64,000 nt of DNA, taken from assembly GCA_977016875.1 (NCBI GenBank), contig CDRNST010000196.1, positions 2,914,001-2,978,000 on the forward strand. Direction: 5' to 3'. The notes under the pieces were generated by a model. That model was given only the letters and a program-made list of their open reading frames with translations, ran no database searches and had not been told where the DNA came from. This DNA comes from Pavona decussata (taxonomy: Eukaryota). The translations under genes were made by a program, and so were the position numbers. Numbering within the stretch: the stretch's first letter is position 1; each line of letters starts with the position of its first letter. Positions 15,772 to 29,574 of the stretch are shown in pieces.

Positions 15772-18700
15772 TTACTTTCTGCTGGCTGCCTGCTCTGCTT
15801 TCTTTAATCTCTTCTTCAGCTCAAGAGGCATCTTCTCATAACATTTCTTGCACAGTGGTTGCATATCAAACTCATGAAATTTACTCCTGCAGGAAAAATG
15901 CCCAAGGTTAAATGGAACATTAATGTTTTCATATAATTATTTTATCAAAGAAGTAATAATTACGTCAGAAATGAGGCTGAGTGCTTCATCACAGGTTCCA
16001 AACACTGAGAAATAGATGAAAGCACAAGGCCGCAGGTCAAAATTAATGTTATTATTGTTTCTAGGTGTTTGGAGCCCCCGATGAAACACTTGCCCTCACA
16101 AACAAATCTCATCATTTTGCTTTAAGCCCTCGTTCAAGAAGCTGCTCTGTATAAATCTTTGTTTTAAGGTGAGCCAATGTAACATTCTTGTGGACATCAT
16201 AAGTGGCCACGAGGAAAAAGAGACCACCTCAATTTTAACGCAAAATTTAAGCTGATTAAATAGTCCTGGAAGGCAGCTTGGAAATAATACGATTGAATGA
16301 GAGCCTGAAATGTATGTTATTCATTTTAGTTTTCAAAACATCAATAAGCACTCCTTTAAGAACTTTCACAGATCTATACATTCAAGTAATATGCTGATAG
16401 TCAAAATCAAGGATACTTCTGTGTGTTTTTGTTAAAAATATTACATTTTAAGAATGTTATTGTAAGAATGCATATTAAAATAATTATAATAATTGTACCC
16501 GTCTGTGTCTGAATAATATTTGTTGCTCATTGAATGCAAGTTTTTGATCTCAGATAAAAAAAAAAGCGTTTTCCATATTTTTAGATCAAAATCCATACAA
16601 TCTTGATCTGGTGTTTCAATGGGTGTCACCAAATAAATGCCTTTTTTTGGCTGCTCAGTTTCCACAAAACACAAATGTCTCAATTCTGGACAGACTGTAC
16701 AAGCTACATGTATGATCCCCCAATAAATATTTATTATGATCATTCCCAGGCAGAAAAATAAAACCTATCTATCAATAAATCATTAACAAACTATTTTGTA
16801 GCCCTAATGACGGGCTGAATACAAGTACTAAGACTATCAATTGAAGTTTTCATTAATTAATGTTTCTGTAATTTTCCGACTACAAAGAATTTAAATAATA
16901 ATAAATGAAATGAAATGCTATTCATATGTAGTTGCTGACCTGAGATTCAAAGAGATACTACATCCAATGCAAGTGAAATGCTGAACACACCAGCACTTAT
17001 GAAGCACAGTTACAACTGCAATAAAAATTCAAAATTTAAATGAAGCTCAATCTGGCAGCCAAATTGTAATTGGGTTAACGATGGACTACAAGTAGTTCCT
17101 AATAGGCACACACAAAACTGCAGGTCTCCTATGGAGAGATGCAACACACTGAGAAAGAGAAAAATACAGCACTAAAAAATTAATCAAAGCCAGAGCATCA
17201 AATCCCCACCCACAACCACGACAGCAAACACCTAAACAAGATTACAGCCACCAAACAGGGTATACATGTCAAGACCACCTACTTATAGTGAAGGTGTTGG
17301 AAGCTTGTGTCTTTTAAAATTTTGTATCCAGAAAAGGTAATGTTTTCTGCCGTGGAGAGAAATTATGTATTGGTACTTTAAATGCCCTAGTAGGTTGGTG
17401 GAAGGAATTAAAATAATATGTTTCCACTTACCATCTCCAACAATGGCTTTGTTGCATTCAAAGCATACATCACCAAACAACTATAAGGGAAATCAATCTA
17501 GTTAACATTTTTCATTTTTTCTGGTCACTATTGCATAACAGCAAAGTAGAATAGTGGAACAGTAATAACTTAATGTGTAATTTATATGGCCCGGAACACT
17601 TGAACCATATGAAGACAAAGTTAATGTTCAGTAACAGCTCCAGGGATAGATTATTTTTGTCAATTCAATCTGGTGGACGTTTACATTATTTTATTGAATG
17701 AAAAGAATATCAATGCCTAAGAGATATTCCAAATTTTGTGATTTCCCTTCATTTTGTGTCAGTCTTGTGACGTCACAAGTTGTCTAATTTGCATAAACCT
17801 AAATCTTGAATAACTCGGCAACCAAGAATGCTATTGCAATAAAATAAATGCCATTCTTCATCATTTTGAAAGCTCTTCCTAATAAGCTAATAAAAGATTT
17901 TGTGTCATATACACTTTAAGGCTGCTGCTATACCCAATTGACCAAGGTTTATGAAAGTGAATATTTACCCAACGTGTGACCATTATACTATGCAAAACAT
18001 CCATAGGTTGGATGATGCTAGAAGATATTGGACTCTAAAACAGTGTTGGGGATTTTTGAATTTCCCTTTTTTTTTTTTTACTTCTTAGCTCAAACGAAAT
18101 AAAATAGCAGACAGAAATCAATTGCCTTTACTTTGTTTTAAAAACTGATATCAAAAGTTTTTTACAAGGTTTTAAATAATTAGAGGCCATCATCTGCTTA
18201 AGATCTACCAGCCACCAGATGTTCCACAGAGTAAAATGGTTGCCCAGGTAATTCAAATTTGAAGGCCTTGGTTAATTTGCACCTTAAGTCCTGTAGTGGA
18301 AACAGTTCTAGCCCATTTTATCCAAGAAAGTTTGATTTCCTATGTTTCTCCATCATTTTTATAAGCTTTAAAATGAAATAGAAGTTTGGGTACTTTGCTC
18401 TGAAACTGAGGCCTTACTGGTCATTACAAGCAATGCAGTCAAGAAGGTTTTAAATCTTAATTTTTGTTAAACTACATAAACTTCCCTTGCTACAAGCTCT
18501 AACTGCAGCAGCTGCTGTAAACCATAACATTGTAATTAAGTACCTTTTGCTCAGAGAGCTTTACCATACCTCATTGTAGTGAGTCTCACAGTAAGCCAGG
18601 CCCTTCCTTTCATAATAGCGATGACCATAAAATGGCTTTTCACACTTTGCACACACAAAATGCTGAAATAAAAATGAAACATTTGCCATATAAATTGCGT

Positions 18701-21700
18701 TGACCATTCTTGTGTCTATGGAATGATTAGAAAGGAAATTAAAATTGATGGGGAATTAAAAGATCACCAAGATTCTATGTCTGCAACACAGCCGCCTGAC
18801 TTCACCCCCAAAATACCCCATCTAGGCAACTTAATAATGAGTTGTCATATTGGGCTTTTAGCCAGAAATTGAAAGTTGGGCATCCAAGGACCATGTTCCC
18901 TGTAAATGTTTTAAAAGACCCCTTTCTGTTAGAAATAGCCAAGTATTAAACCAGCCAAGCAGGATCATGAAAGCTGGTGGCTTGAACAAGAAGGGCGCCC
19001 CACCAATGTCTGGTACTTCAATTCCTCTGCATCTTATATTTCTTGCCCCATTATTTTTCAATACCACAAAAGAAAATTCAAAAGAGAAACAGACTGTAGA
19101 CAGTCTAAATAAATGAAGGATTATCATACACAGTCACCTTATAAATAAATTAAGCATTTGTGAAAACAAAAAGCCTAAAGCCTGGCTTTTGGATACATAA
19201 CTGTAAAGGTCTTGATGTATTAAATCTTTCATCCATAGTCCTCACGCAAAACAAGTACAGTGTATTTCGCTTGCGTATAAAATCGCAAAGTTAAAATGCT
19301 AATGTTATACTTATACAATTTTAGTTTCTCCTATTCTATCCTTTTCTCTTCATTTATAAGTGCAGAACAATAGGAGCCTAATTAACAAGCAATTTCTTCT
19401 GAAACGACAATTTAATTAACAATTGACTCTTGAACTAGCAAACAGGCCAACTGTTTACCTCAACATGCCAAGCCTTTCCAAGGGCATGTACCACACGTTC
19501 TTCAACAGGTCGTCTACAATAACAAAAAAAGAAACAATTATCGATTCAAATAATAATAATTATTATTGTCAGTTGAAATTTTTCTTCATGATAACTTTAA
19601 AAGGAAAAGAAAGTGAACATGAACACCTACCTGCAAGCTCCACAAATAGGTGTCCCCATTTTGTCATGGCATCTCAGGCAATACAATTCTGTGTCCCGCT
19701 TACGGCAAAGATGGTCCAGCTCCTTACTAAGGTGAAAAAGAAAACCTACCTTACTCAAAATCACTCCATGATGCAAATATCTCACAGCTCCTCAATTAGT
19801 TGTTAAGGGCAGGGAGAAAGAATAGTCAGATAAAAAGGGAATGGGTAATGTACCAGAGGAGTTAACAGAGGGAGTGAAAAGGGGAGAAATAGGGGGAAAG
19901 TTTGTACCTGCAATGTATTGTACAATAAATATTATAGAAAGTAAAACACACAGAAGCAGAAGGCATCATAAAATGTTTTGGAACAGTATGTAAAGAGTAT
20001 GGAAAGCATAACTTAGACTTCCTGTTTCCACTGCACTTACTTGCATGAAAAACAGTTGTAATGCCAGGGATGTACTGGTTCACCCATGTACATGAGATGC
20101 TGACCTTCAGGGATGTAAGTACTGTGAAAACAAACAACAAAACAAAAATAGGAAATGATTAAAGGAGAAGGTCACTCCAGAAATCGTGTGTTATCCTTTT
20201 TTAACCCTTTGAGCCCCAATGTCAATAATTCATGTTCATCACTATTGGGATTAAGGGGTTAACTCTTTTATGACTTTTTGTTTCACACAGAAATGCATTC
20301 ATTTGTTAACTCCAAAATGGAACTGTTACAATAGTTACAACCAGTTTGTGAGTATGATTGATTTCCACTGCTTGAGGAGGTACACAGGCAAACAAAACTG
20401 CCAAAAGTTGAAGTAAAAATCACCTCAGTGTGATAAACATAACATTCAAGATTAGTACTTACTGACACTTGCGACAAACATATCGGCCAGTTTCTGAAAA
20501 ACAAAATCACAGTTTGCAAATACATCATCATCATCATTTTATTAAAAAGTTCTCTTTCGTACAGTACAGGCGAAGACTACCCGAATAGAGCAAAAGCTAA
20601 CTGAGACGGGTATAAAAAGGTTAGTTTATGGTGACTGGCTTCACTCAAAACAATGCTTAGAAACTGCATGATTATGCAACCAATCCCAGAATGTACATTA
20701 TTATATATCATTTTATGATAAGAACTGCAATATTTAACATCAATGTTATATATACGGGAACTTGTCTTGCAACATCCGTTATTGAATTGCAAGTTGCAAG
20801 GCAGGTGTAACAGAATCTCAAAACAAAAACAGGTTTATTATTGTACAGTAAGTTACTGCAAAATGATCTTACTTTTTGTCTTCTCATCTGCATTGCACTT
20901 CTTGCACAGTGCTCTGATTAGAAAAAAACAGCACTTTAATACTTTCAATAATTGCAATCACTAACAAGACATTAATTTGCTGTTAGTATTTGTGCAAAAA
21001 TGGAGAAAGTTTGAAGATCATTCATAGGTTACAGGACAGATCACCACAACAAACAGATCAAGACATGAGAAAAGCTTATATTATCACTGTTGAATGTGCA
21101 GGGATTTACAAATTAAAAGACATTTATATTTTCTGACCTGCCAGCATTTTTGACAAACCCAGAGTCTGCCAGTGCTTCATTACAAATCTCACAACGGAAA
21201 CAGTCTGGGTGCCAGTTTGCTTGCATTGCCTTTATCACTCGGCCAACCACAAACTTGCCTACAAAAAACGTAAACATCTCTGTATTATAATAGAAGTGCA
21301 CTGTTACAAAGTATAAACTGATTTGCAACGTAATACTCATTCTGTGAGTGGGATAAAAAGGCCTGTTTGTACGACATTTGACATTCAGCTCCTTGTTTTG
21401 AAGTCCACACTAATATACTTTACACAATGCACTCAAACCAAGAATATAATACCAGGGTAGTCTGGAATTGAAACCATCAACTTTACTTAACATGACACCT
21501 TGAACACTGCTTAGCAAGAAAATGGCACTCAGTGTACCAGGATCTGAACTGTGTAAAATACTATAATGCGCTAAGAATTTACTGACACTAATACAGTCAT
21601 ATTAACAACTTTACCATTTTAACCAGAATAACCTGTCAGTGACTTGCAAATTGAGTTTTAGAAACAAAAGTCAGGTTAAAATTCACTTACCACACTGTTT

Positions 21701-24700
21701 GCAACAAGGAGCAAACAAGGTCTGAAAGTCTTCTTCACAGTATCTTNNNNNNNNNNNNNNNNNNNNNNNNNNNNNNNNNNNNNNNNNNNNNNNNNNNNNN
21801 NNNNNNNNNNNNNNNNNNNNNNNNNNNNNNNNNNNNNNNNNNNNNNNNNNNNNNNNNNNNNNNNNNNNNNNNNNNNNNNNNNNNNNNNNNNNNNAACACC
21901 AGAAAACCCTAACCCTAAACACAGTGGTTAATACTATCAACATAAGTTAGACAATGACACTTTTCCTCAATGAAGCACCCTCCATCAAATAAACATCCTT
22001 TGGTCTCACAAAAAACTGAAGTAAGTCCAACTCCTCACAAATGAATGGAAGTTAAAACCAAATGCATGAGCTAATAATTAATTCTCTTGATTATTACGAG
22101 AAGTTCGAATTTAATCCTTATTTACTGTCAAGGGCAAAAAATTGTCAAAATTTCAACCAGTTTATTGAAGTTTGAAAAGAGACAAAATACAAAATTTGAA
22201 AATATAAGCTTAGAATGTCAACAAGGAAACACAGTTGTATGAATATATTGATCAAATTTTACTGATAGGTTCTTGGATCTATTAAGAATACAACAGATCG
22301 AATTAATAAACTATTTACCTCATAGAACAAGCCATCAGGAAATGGCTGGAAACATTGCACACAGCTGCCAAAACAAAATAATGCAATTAAAATTAGTTCC
22401 CATCGTCTACTCAGTATTGTACAAATAAATAATATAATACAAACAAGTACAAATACTCCATAAGCACGTGTTGGAAATGAGATGTAGATAGCCAATGAGG
22501 CACGCAGCACCGAGTTGGCTGAAAATCATCTTGTATCCAACAAGCACGAGTGCAATAACTGTTTTATTAAAAAGAACCAACGGAACTCCCTAAATCTTGC
22601 TGATTTAGTGATATAATGACCATAATGACTGCAGCTCAACTGATTTCCCGCCCAATGTGGTTTTCTAACCAGAAAGATATGTTGATTACATTGCCGCCAT
22701 GTTGGTGCCAAAACAAAAGAAAATTTGCTCAGTTAACTCCCAGAGAAGAAAAATCTTATTGTTCCTAACCACCAAAATGGCCGCCACCCTAATATATGAA
22801 TGTAAACTTTCCCATCTGTACGCTTTTTTCACTTTTCAGTTTTCCTGGATGTTGCGGAATGTTCCGCTCTCCCAGTGCTGTGATTAAAACACTGTGATGG
22901 CAAAGATACGTTTACTGTCTCTCTCTCTCTTTCAAATTCCGCATCAAGGTGACAAAATTTGTTGATCATAAATCCTGGTTTTAAGTTAGTGGACGTGGCT
23001 GATCCCCAAACTGCTGGAATGCATTTCTATGTGCTTATAAAACGCGCAAGCATCTGCAAATAATAAATCGAGCCTCAAAACCTCAGCTTTATATTTCAGC
23101 ATAGGTTTTTATTTTGCTAGTCGAGAGTTCGATGCACTAAAATTTTGTTGTGAGTTCAATTAAATTCGATTACTGAACTCAATCCATGAACGCAATCAAA
23201 CAATACATGGTTTGAGTTTTAACAGCACGCTGTCTATAGACACATCTCAAAACAACAAAAAGGTACAGTATAGGTTTGACATTTCACATTATACTTAGAG
23301 CAGCACAAAAGGCTATCTACTGAGAAGACCTGGTATTCTCCTCTCACACAAACCAAGCCATTAAAGGGTGAACAAAGCCTTTAGAAATAAGTGTTTTTGA
23401 AGTTGGATAACATAATCATTCATTTATTAGGCAGTGCATTGTGAGCTAACACGGGATATAATTACTCATTAGCTAAAATAAATGATAACCTTTCAGGTTG
23501 TGGGGAAAAGAAGCAAAATACTTAGAAGCCTTGGCTAAATGGAGTCAGAAGTTATTACAAGATGAAAACTTGCAATAACTAGTCACCTTATTCACCCAAC
23601 AATTGTGTGCGCTTGTGCTGACTTGCATTGACTTTGATCAACAATTAAGCTCAAGAGTATACACAAGTTCTTGCTAATTTAGTATTATTTGGGCACCCAA
23701 CACATGCTGATACAAGTTCTTTTCATTATTTGGGCATTTCACAAATTAATGATGTCTAACTTGGATTGCATCAGCTTATATTAGTGTAGCTTGGCCAACC
23801 TGTGTACACAAGTTGGGATTCGTAAACTTGTGAAGACTTGAAACTCAGTTTGCCCAGGGACTGACAGTGACTGAACACATGTTATGATGGCTGGTGTTTC
23901 ATTCATCATTATTTTCAAACCATTCTAATTCATTCCTGGGTGCCCAAAATTGGCATGGTCTAAGTTAAGGGTGACAACATTAAGAGTTTGGTTTTCAGTT
24001 GAACTATGCATCATTCCCATGGCAACATGGTTGGTACAAACCTGTTTGCATTTTGCTCATTTGCTGAATTTTTTTTTATACTTTTTCTTCATTATTAGCT
24101 TTCAATGATCAAAGAACAATTCTCAGATGCTTGTGTGCTTGCATTACCTCACAACCACAATGAAAATATTATATTTGAAAACCATAAAAATTACCATGTT
24201 CAGCCCCCTAAGCAGGACAGTTACACACATTTTATACCCTTGAGTATTACAAACTGATGTCACAATTTAATTTTTTATATGTTACATGTATGTAACATCA
24301 TTTATATATTGTTTTGATTATCCTGCATTCTTATAAAACGACTGTCTTCAAAGCATCCCTCAGAAAGGAAGGGATGACAGTGAAGCCAATGTCATGAATG
24401 ACGGATATCCTGAAATGGGTGGAGTGCATTCCTGTGATTTTTTGAGACAACTCCTCAGAACAATCTCCAAATGAACGCTGATATGCAAAAATGGATGGAT
24501 CATGGAAGAAGAGGTGAACAAATAAACTGACTCGTTTGAAATTCCATGTACAAGCCTGTTACTTGTGTTTAATCAGTCATTATCGTCGGGACACTAAAGC
24601 AAAAATGTTATACTTACACAAAACATCGTTCGTGTAGGATTTGACCATTGGAATTTACCATTCGTTCGTCAACACCAAAACTTTCCTGACAGACCGCGCA

Positions 24701-24757
24701 AATGGCATTGCCAATCCCGTAACCCGACTGCTGCGATATCTCATTTTGAACCGGCAT
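15772..24757 (-). CDS. LIMS1: PINCH / LIM and senescent cell antigen-like domain protein (5 LIM domains), 13 coding exons
   Basis: Exons 24757-24618, 22364-22319, (in gap)-21691, 21258-21138, 20913-20873, 20493-20463, 20121-20041, 19726-19631, 19513-19459, 18662-18570, 17480-17432, 17015-16940, 15886-15772. Translation includes [64 protein letters not shown] and [28 protein letters not shown], all hallmark PINCH segments. A single invertebrate PINCH is co-orthologous to LIMS1/2. Confidence 0.95.
20205..20258. mobile_element. 54-bp piggyBac-like micro-MITE in a LIMS intron
   Basis: TTAA (20201-20204) CCCTTTGAGCCCCAAT ... ATTGGGATTAAGGGG TTAA (20259-20262); imperfect TIR. Confidence 0.55.
21747..21894. 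other. Assembly gap (N run) that removes the 5' part of LIMS coding exon 3
   Basis: Run of N. The few expected codons between LFYE and RYCEEDF are missing. Confidence 0.98.
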
Positions 24758-24998
24758 TGTATACGAATTTGATGTGTTTTTCAGAAAGTTATGACCTTTC
24801 CAATGAGCACAATCGTCAAAGGTAGAGTTATGGTAACAGCTTATTTCACTTCTTCACAACCGTACACTCCACAAGTTTGTCGGCCTCTCCTTTCGACGAG
24901 GAATCTGGGTATAAGGTTTCACACGAAGTACTCTCTGGGGGTCCACTCGGGGTCCTCTCAGGGTAGAGCTAAGGCTGATTGTGCAGGTAAAGAGATCC

Positions 24999-25076
24999 AG
25001 CCTGAGTATCAGGCCTTCGGAGGTGGGAGGGGGGGGGGGGGGGGGCGAAGGGGCGACAGGCCTGATACTAAGGTTA
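24999..25076. mobile_element. Small hairpin MITE upstream of LIMS
   Basis: AGCCTGAGTATCAGGCCT ... AGGCCTGATACTAAGGTT inverted arms around a G-rich loop; TSD not clear. Confidence 0.55.
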
Positions 25077-25985
25077 ACAAAAAGAGAACAAAAAAAGAAT
25101 GAAAACTGACCGATCAAATACTAATTTATTGCTTTCAATCACTTTTAATTTTGCTACAAAAAATTTATTAAACGATCAATTTGATCTCTTATATGTGACC
25201 ATAAATGTCTAACTCAGACTCTTGCTCATCACATTTGTCCTCAAGAATGACAAAACTGAGTAAAAGAAAAAAAGAACGAGCTAACTAGACCTCTGTAAAG
25301 AGTACAATCAAGCCTTCAAGGAGATAAATACAGCATACAGTCTCCCTTCCCTACTTTTTGGCATACTGGCTATGGTGACCTGTGGTAAATTTTATCTTCA
25401 TACCACAGTACGATTCCTGTGGCCTGCGGAATACCACTCGGGAGTCTAGAGTCTGGGACCTTTTTAAGAGATCCCTTTCAAAATTTCCGGTGAGCGACCA
25501 CGTTACCTTTACATGGGAGTCCCCCTCCCCCTCCTCACATCGAATAAGGAGAGGTAGGCGATTGCTGAGTTTTAAAATGTGTGTTGTACAATTTCTTTCT
25601 TCAAAGATTCAGCTTACATTTCCCCATGCATTTCATATGTTCTTAACATGCTGTTATAATTTCCTCCTGCTCTCGAATATCAAGAAAGATCTCGAATATC
25701 GATATAAAGAAAGCCCCTTGTAATATTTCCCGTTTTTGCAATGAAATATCAGTAACCGTCCGGAGAGATAGAAACTGTGAATGGCGGTTCTCAGACATGC
25801 TTAGTTGGCTTACAAATCCCCTTTCCCTTTTCTGGAAGAAGCTCAATCCTACACACTAATCCAGTAACAGCTCGAAACACAAGTTCGAGAGATTTGTAAC
25901 TACCTTATAAGAAGTTTAACTACCGATAAAAAGCCTCTCGCGGCGATTTACATCCCCCTTTCCCCACTTGCCCCCCCCCCCCCCC

Positions 25986-26078
25986 TAACCTCTTTCCCAG
26001 GGCGTTTCTCTTGTAAATTGGGAGGGGAGGCCCTTCTCCCTCCAAATCTACAAGGAAAAAACCCTAGGAACACGGGTA
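25986..26078. mobile_element. Small hairpin MITE (AACCTC.TTCCCAGGG type)
   Basis: Imperfect inverted arms TTCCCAGGG...CTTGTAAATTGGGAGGG / CCCTCCAAATCTACAAG...CCCTAGGAA. Confidence 0.5.
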
Positions 26079-26496
26079 TCCCCTCCCGGTCCCCTTCCTT
26101 GTCCTAAAGATCTGTATCCACCCCTATCATGCTTCACGATCTCATTCTGAGAATTAACTCAGTTACGAGTAAAGGATCGTTAGCTTAGCGTAATACTGAT
26201 TGAACTTAAATTATATGACTATTGCGAGTGCCAATGGTTACAGCTAAATTGCTACTAATTCCTTTAAACAGTAGTTATTTTTTTTTCCAATTTTCAAATC
26301 GTTATTAATCGGAAGCGTTGAACGCCCGCCATGCCACATATTCCCTACACCAATGTTGTTTTCACGGGCTGCGACACGTTTACCACCATTCCACTTTAAT
26401 TTCAGTGAACAAATTGTTCTCCAAAGCATTCAAAATTCTATTTATCCGTCCTGCAACAAGCTAAGTTACTATCCCGTTATATTTAATGTGTACTTG

Positions 26497-28377
26497 TCAG
26501 TATTCAAATGGTGTATCAGGCTCGTTGATCAACTTCTTCCAGAACATGAGTGCAGCTAATCGGCCGCTCTGAGGAAAGCATGTCGGAAACACGGTTAGCA
26601 TTGTACCGAGGTAATTGTACCCAGGCCCTATCTGGTGGTACTCGTTCAGGTATCCACAAGCATCATGTGTGGCAGTATGGTACAACATGGCCTCTATTTC
26701 TTCTTTTTCTCGACCTGTGATTCGGAACTGTTTGTTGTTTGGATTTGCAAGTTCTGTTCTTCCACCTATAAGCAACCAAAAAAAATATCGATTACTTTTG
26801 TAATTCTCAAAAAAACGTTTTCTTCAAAAAGATTTCAGGAAGTTCGGAAGCCAGGTTCAATTTTTCAGTTTGGTGTCCAGATTTTCGTAGTCTGAAATGT
26901 CAGCCGTCTCTTGTCCCTAACCCGTTAGGGGCAGGAGACGGCTGACATTTCAGACTAAGATTTTCGTGGACTATTAAAAAACAGACCCGGATTAACGAAG
27001 GAAGAAGTTCGTTAATCGTTAAGTGCAGTCCGAATAAGAGGGACGCGAAGCTACTGAACCAAACATCGTACTCATAGCTTCGGGGTCAGTGTAAGCAGAT
27101 AATTAAACCTTTAAAAAAGTCTTAAGTTATCCCTCCAATGTTTCTCTGACCTTTCCACAATTCATAATCATCTTCAGTACTGAAAATCATTATTCATTAA
27201 TTTCGTTCACCCCTGTTATTATTTATGTATTTATCAATTCTCCTTTCGTCGTTGACAGTAACACACAAGATCGATCAGTCCCCTAACAAGTGCTTTTGCA
27301 AATATACTCCAAAATGCAAACAGACAAAATAGCTATCGTAAAAATCTTTGCGAAATGAATAGCAGCAAATAGTCAATGTAGTTCACCACGGAACTGTTCT
27401 TGTACAAAGTAAAAGTCGTGGCAGTAAAATACTGAATAAAAAGTCAACTCCCCGAGGTATACGCACAAGACGTTTTGGCGAAAATTTGAAACAATTTATC
27501 ATTGTGAACTCCATTCCATGGCAATTTGATTATTTTAGCCTCCCGTAATAACTGACAAATGGGACATTATAATTAGCAGGTGATCATGATTTTTAGCATT
27601 TGCCATTTAGCAAATGTATTTTTTTTCTGTGCACCGAAATGCACAAAACTGAATGCGACGAAATGGCCCAGATATCCGGCAATTTTCGAAATATATTAAA
27701 TATTGACTCAGTCTTCAAAACTTAGCAGTTTATTTTCGTAACTTAACTATGAAATCAAGCTAACGATCGTCTCAAACCTGCTGAAACTGTTATCATGGAT
27801 AGGTGTCAGTTAAACTTCAGTTACCAGAATTGAAGACGATCTCGTGCGAGGGGGCGTGGCAAAACATGGGTTGTAAACGAAACGCATTATACAGACCTGC
27901 AGGATACAACAGCACTCCAAAGACAGGATCAAGTCCCCCAAGTGTATCTGCAATTATCTCTCCACATCTGAGTTGTTGTTTGGTTCCCCAGAACCAATCG
28001 TCCTCCCTCAAAACTGCTAAGGGTTTTCGCTTGTTGTGAATGCACTGAAAACATTGCTGCTCTTGAATATTTCTTTCCATGTCTTCTCTTTGTCCGCGTA
28101 AAAGTAAAAGTTTCTTGTAGTCCGCCTTCATTTTTGTTTCGTAGAAACCAGGCCTGCCTTTCGTACGGATCTTGATGATTTCCGTCAGAGAGGTTTCTGC
28201 ATCTGAAGACAAACCTTTTCCAATCTCTATTAAGTTGTAAAGCTTCCTCAAATGTTTAGCAAGGCTTTTTACTTCTTCATTTCTCGTAGCCACACTCGCT
28301 CTTCGGTCGCTGAACGAAGAGTAGAACAGTTCCCTGAGATAGCTTTCCCTTTGCTCCTTTGAAAGATAGGAATGCAT
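26497..28377 (-). CDS. Uncharacterised 249-aa protein with an H-x-x-x-HD-x-x-GY ... GPGYNYLG motif (possible PLA2-like fold); exons 28377-27897 and 26765-26497
   Basis: ORFs 27817-28377 and 26497-26775 join in frame across a phase-1 intron (CAG/GTCTGT...TTATAG/GT), giving GGLDPVFGVLLYPAGGRTEL...LYHTATHDACGYLNEYHQIGPGYNYLG. Function not established. Confidence 0.8.
26888..26957. mobile_element. 70-bp hairpin MITE with TAG..CTA ends and a 9-bp TSD
   Basis: TAGTCTGAAATGTCAGCCGTCTC ... GAGACGGCTGACATTTCAGACTA (23-bp perfect arms, extending further with 2 mismatches), flanked by AGATTTTCG at 26879-26887 and 26958-26966. Confidence 0.9.
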
Positions 28378-28999
28378 TTAAGCAGGAATAAACTTCTTCA
28401 ATCTTCCCACTTAGAAGTCGCGCAACTCATATTGCATCACTCCGAATAATGAAAGGGGTGTATTTGGTTAATTAGAATGTTCTTCTCACATTTTTTATCA
28501 AGCAAGGTAGCCAATATTTTGACAGTTGTTTACGTTAGAAGATACCCGTCTTTCTATTTTGGTTCTTTTGCGGGTGGCGTTATAGATTGCGGTTTGTGAA
28601 TGGCTTGTTTTGATACTTTGCCATCTTTCCTCTGCCAAATTCGTTTTAACAACCAGTCGGAAGCTGTCTGAGTAAAAAACACTTTATTAATAATAAATGA
28701 ACCTGTTACGAGTGGTTTTCAGCAAAAGAGCCATACCTTCTTGAACAATACGTGTCTCTCGTCATTTTCTTTGTCAACAAACAAAACATTTCCGAAAAGA
28801 AGATTTCCCCCCGAAAATAAGGTACCCAGAAAACCAGAGGAAAAAAGTCCTGTAGTCCTCAGGGCTGTCCCCTCCACCGCCCGTGCAATTCTCAGGTGCC
28901 AATTTCTTCTGATAACCGAGACATTCGGCCCTCCTGAATGTGTCGGCTTACGGCACCGCCCCGCCTATCGACGAGGAACAAACAAGCTGAAGACAATTA

Positions 29000-29291
29000 G
29001 GGGCTGTTTACATGGGGGGAGGAAGATCCCAGAAGATGGATCATCCTAGCGCCGTATGTTTAATGTATTCAGTTTACATGGAAAAGGTTGCACTTGGTTG
29101 CGCTAGGATCTTCCTAACGATGGGATCTTCTAGTTGAGAGATAGGAAGATAGCACCATGTAAAATTACCTTCGCGCGGAAAAAAGCCGACAATGTTTCTT
29201 ATTTTTCTCCACTAGGGTAACCATTCCGACCGAAATTTTTATATGTAAACCAAACGAAAAGGGATCTTTCTCCCTCCATGTAAACAGGGCC
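29000..29291. mobile_element. PIF/Harbinger-like MITE
   Basis: TTA-GGGGCTGTTTACATGG ... CCATGTAAACAGGGCC-TTA: 3-bp TTA TSD and ~16-bp imperfect TIR. Confidence 0.7.
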
Positions 29292-29489
29292 TTAAAATGC
29301 CAATGAAAGTACAGTGATATCGTTCACAACAACTTCTATTAGGAAAATTTAGCTTTACTGTTAGTTTTGTTTCCATAGTCTTCAGTCGCAATACCATTAT
29401 TAGCTAAACGCAAAATTCCCCTCCACCCCTCCCCACAAAACAGACAAGCGAACAATAAACAAGCAATAAAAGTCCAATAAACATCCTTA

Positions 29490-29574
29490 TAGCCTGCGTA
29501 GCTGGCGGTTTTGTTGGGGTTTGGTGGCCCGAGGCAGAGCCGCGAAAACGAAAAACCGCCAGCTATGCAGGCTA
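29490..29574. mobile_element. 85-bp hairpin MITE with TAG..CTA ends
   Basis: TAGCCTGCGTAGCTGGCGGTTTT ... AAAACCGCCAGCTATGCAGGCTA (1 mismatch); TSD not evident. Confidence 0.75.

Noticed and set aside
21900-21920. Telomere-like CCCTAA repeats beside the gap
   Set aside because: Only about two units, within a LIMS intron; too short to call an interstitial telomere.
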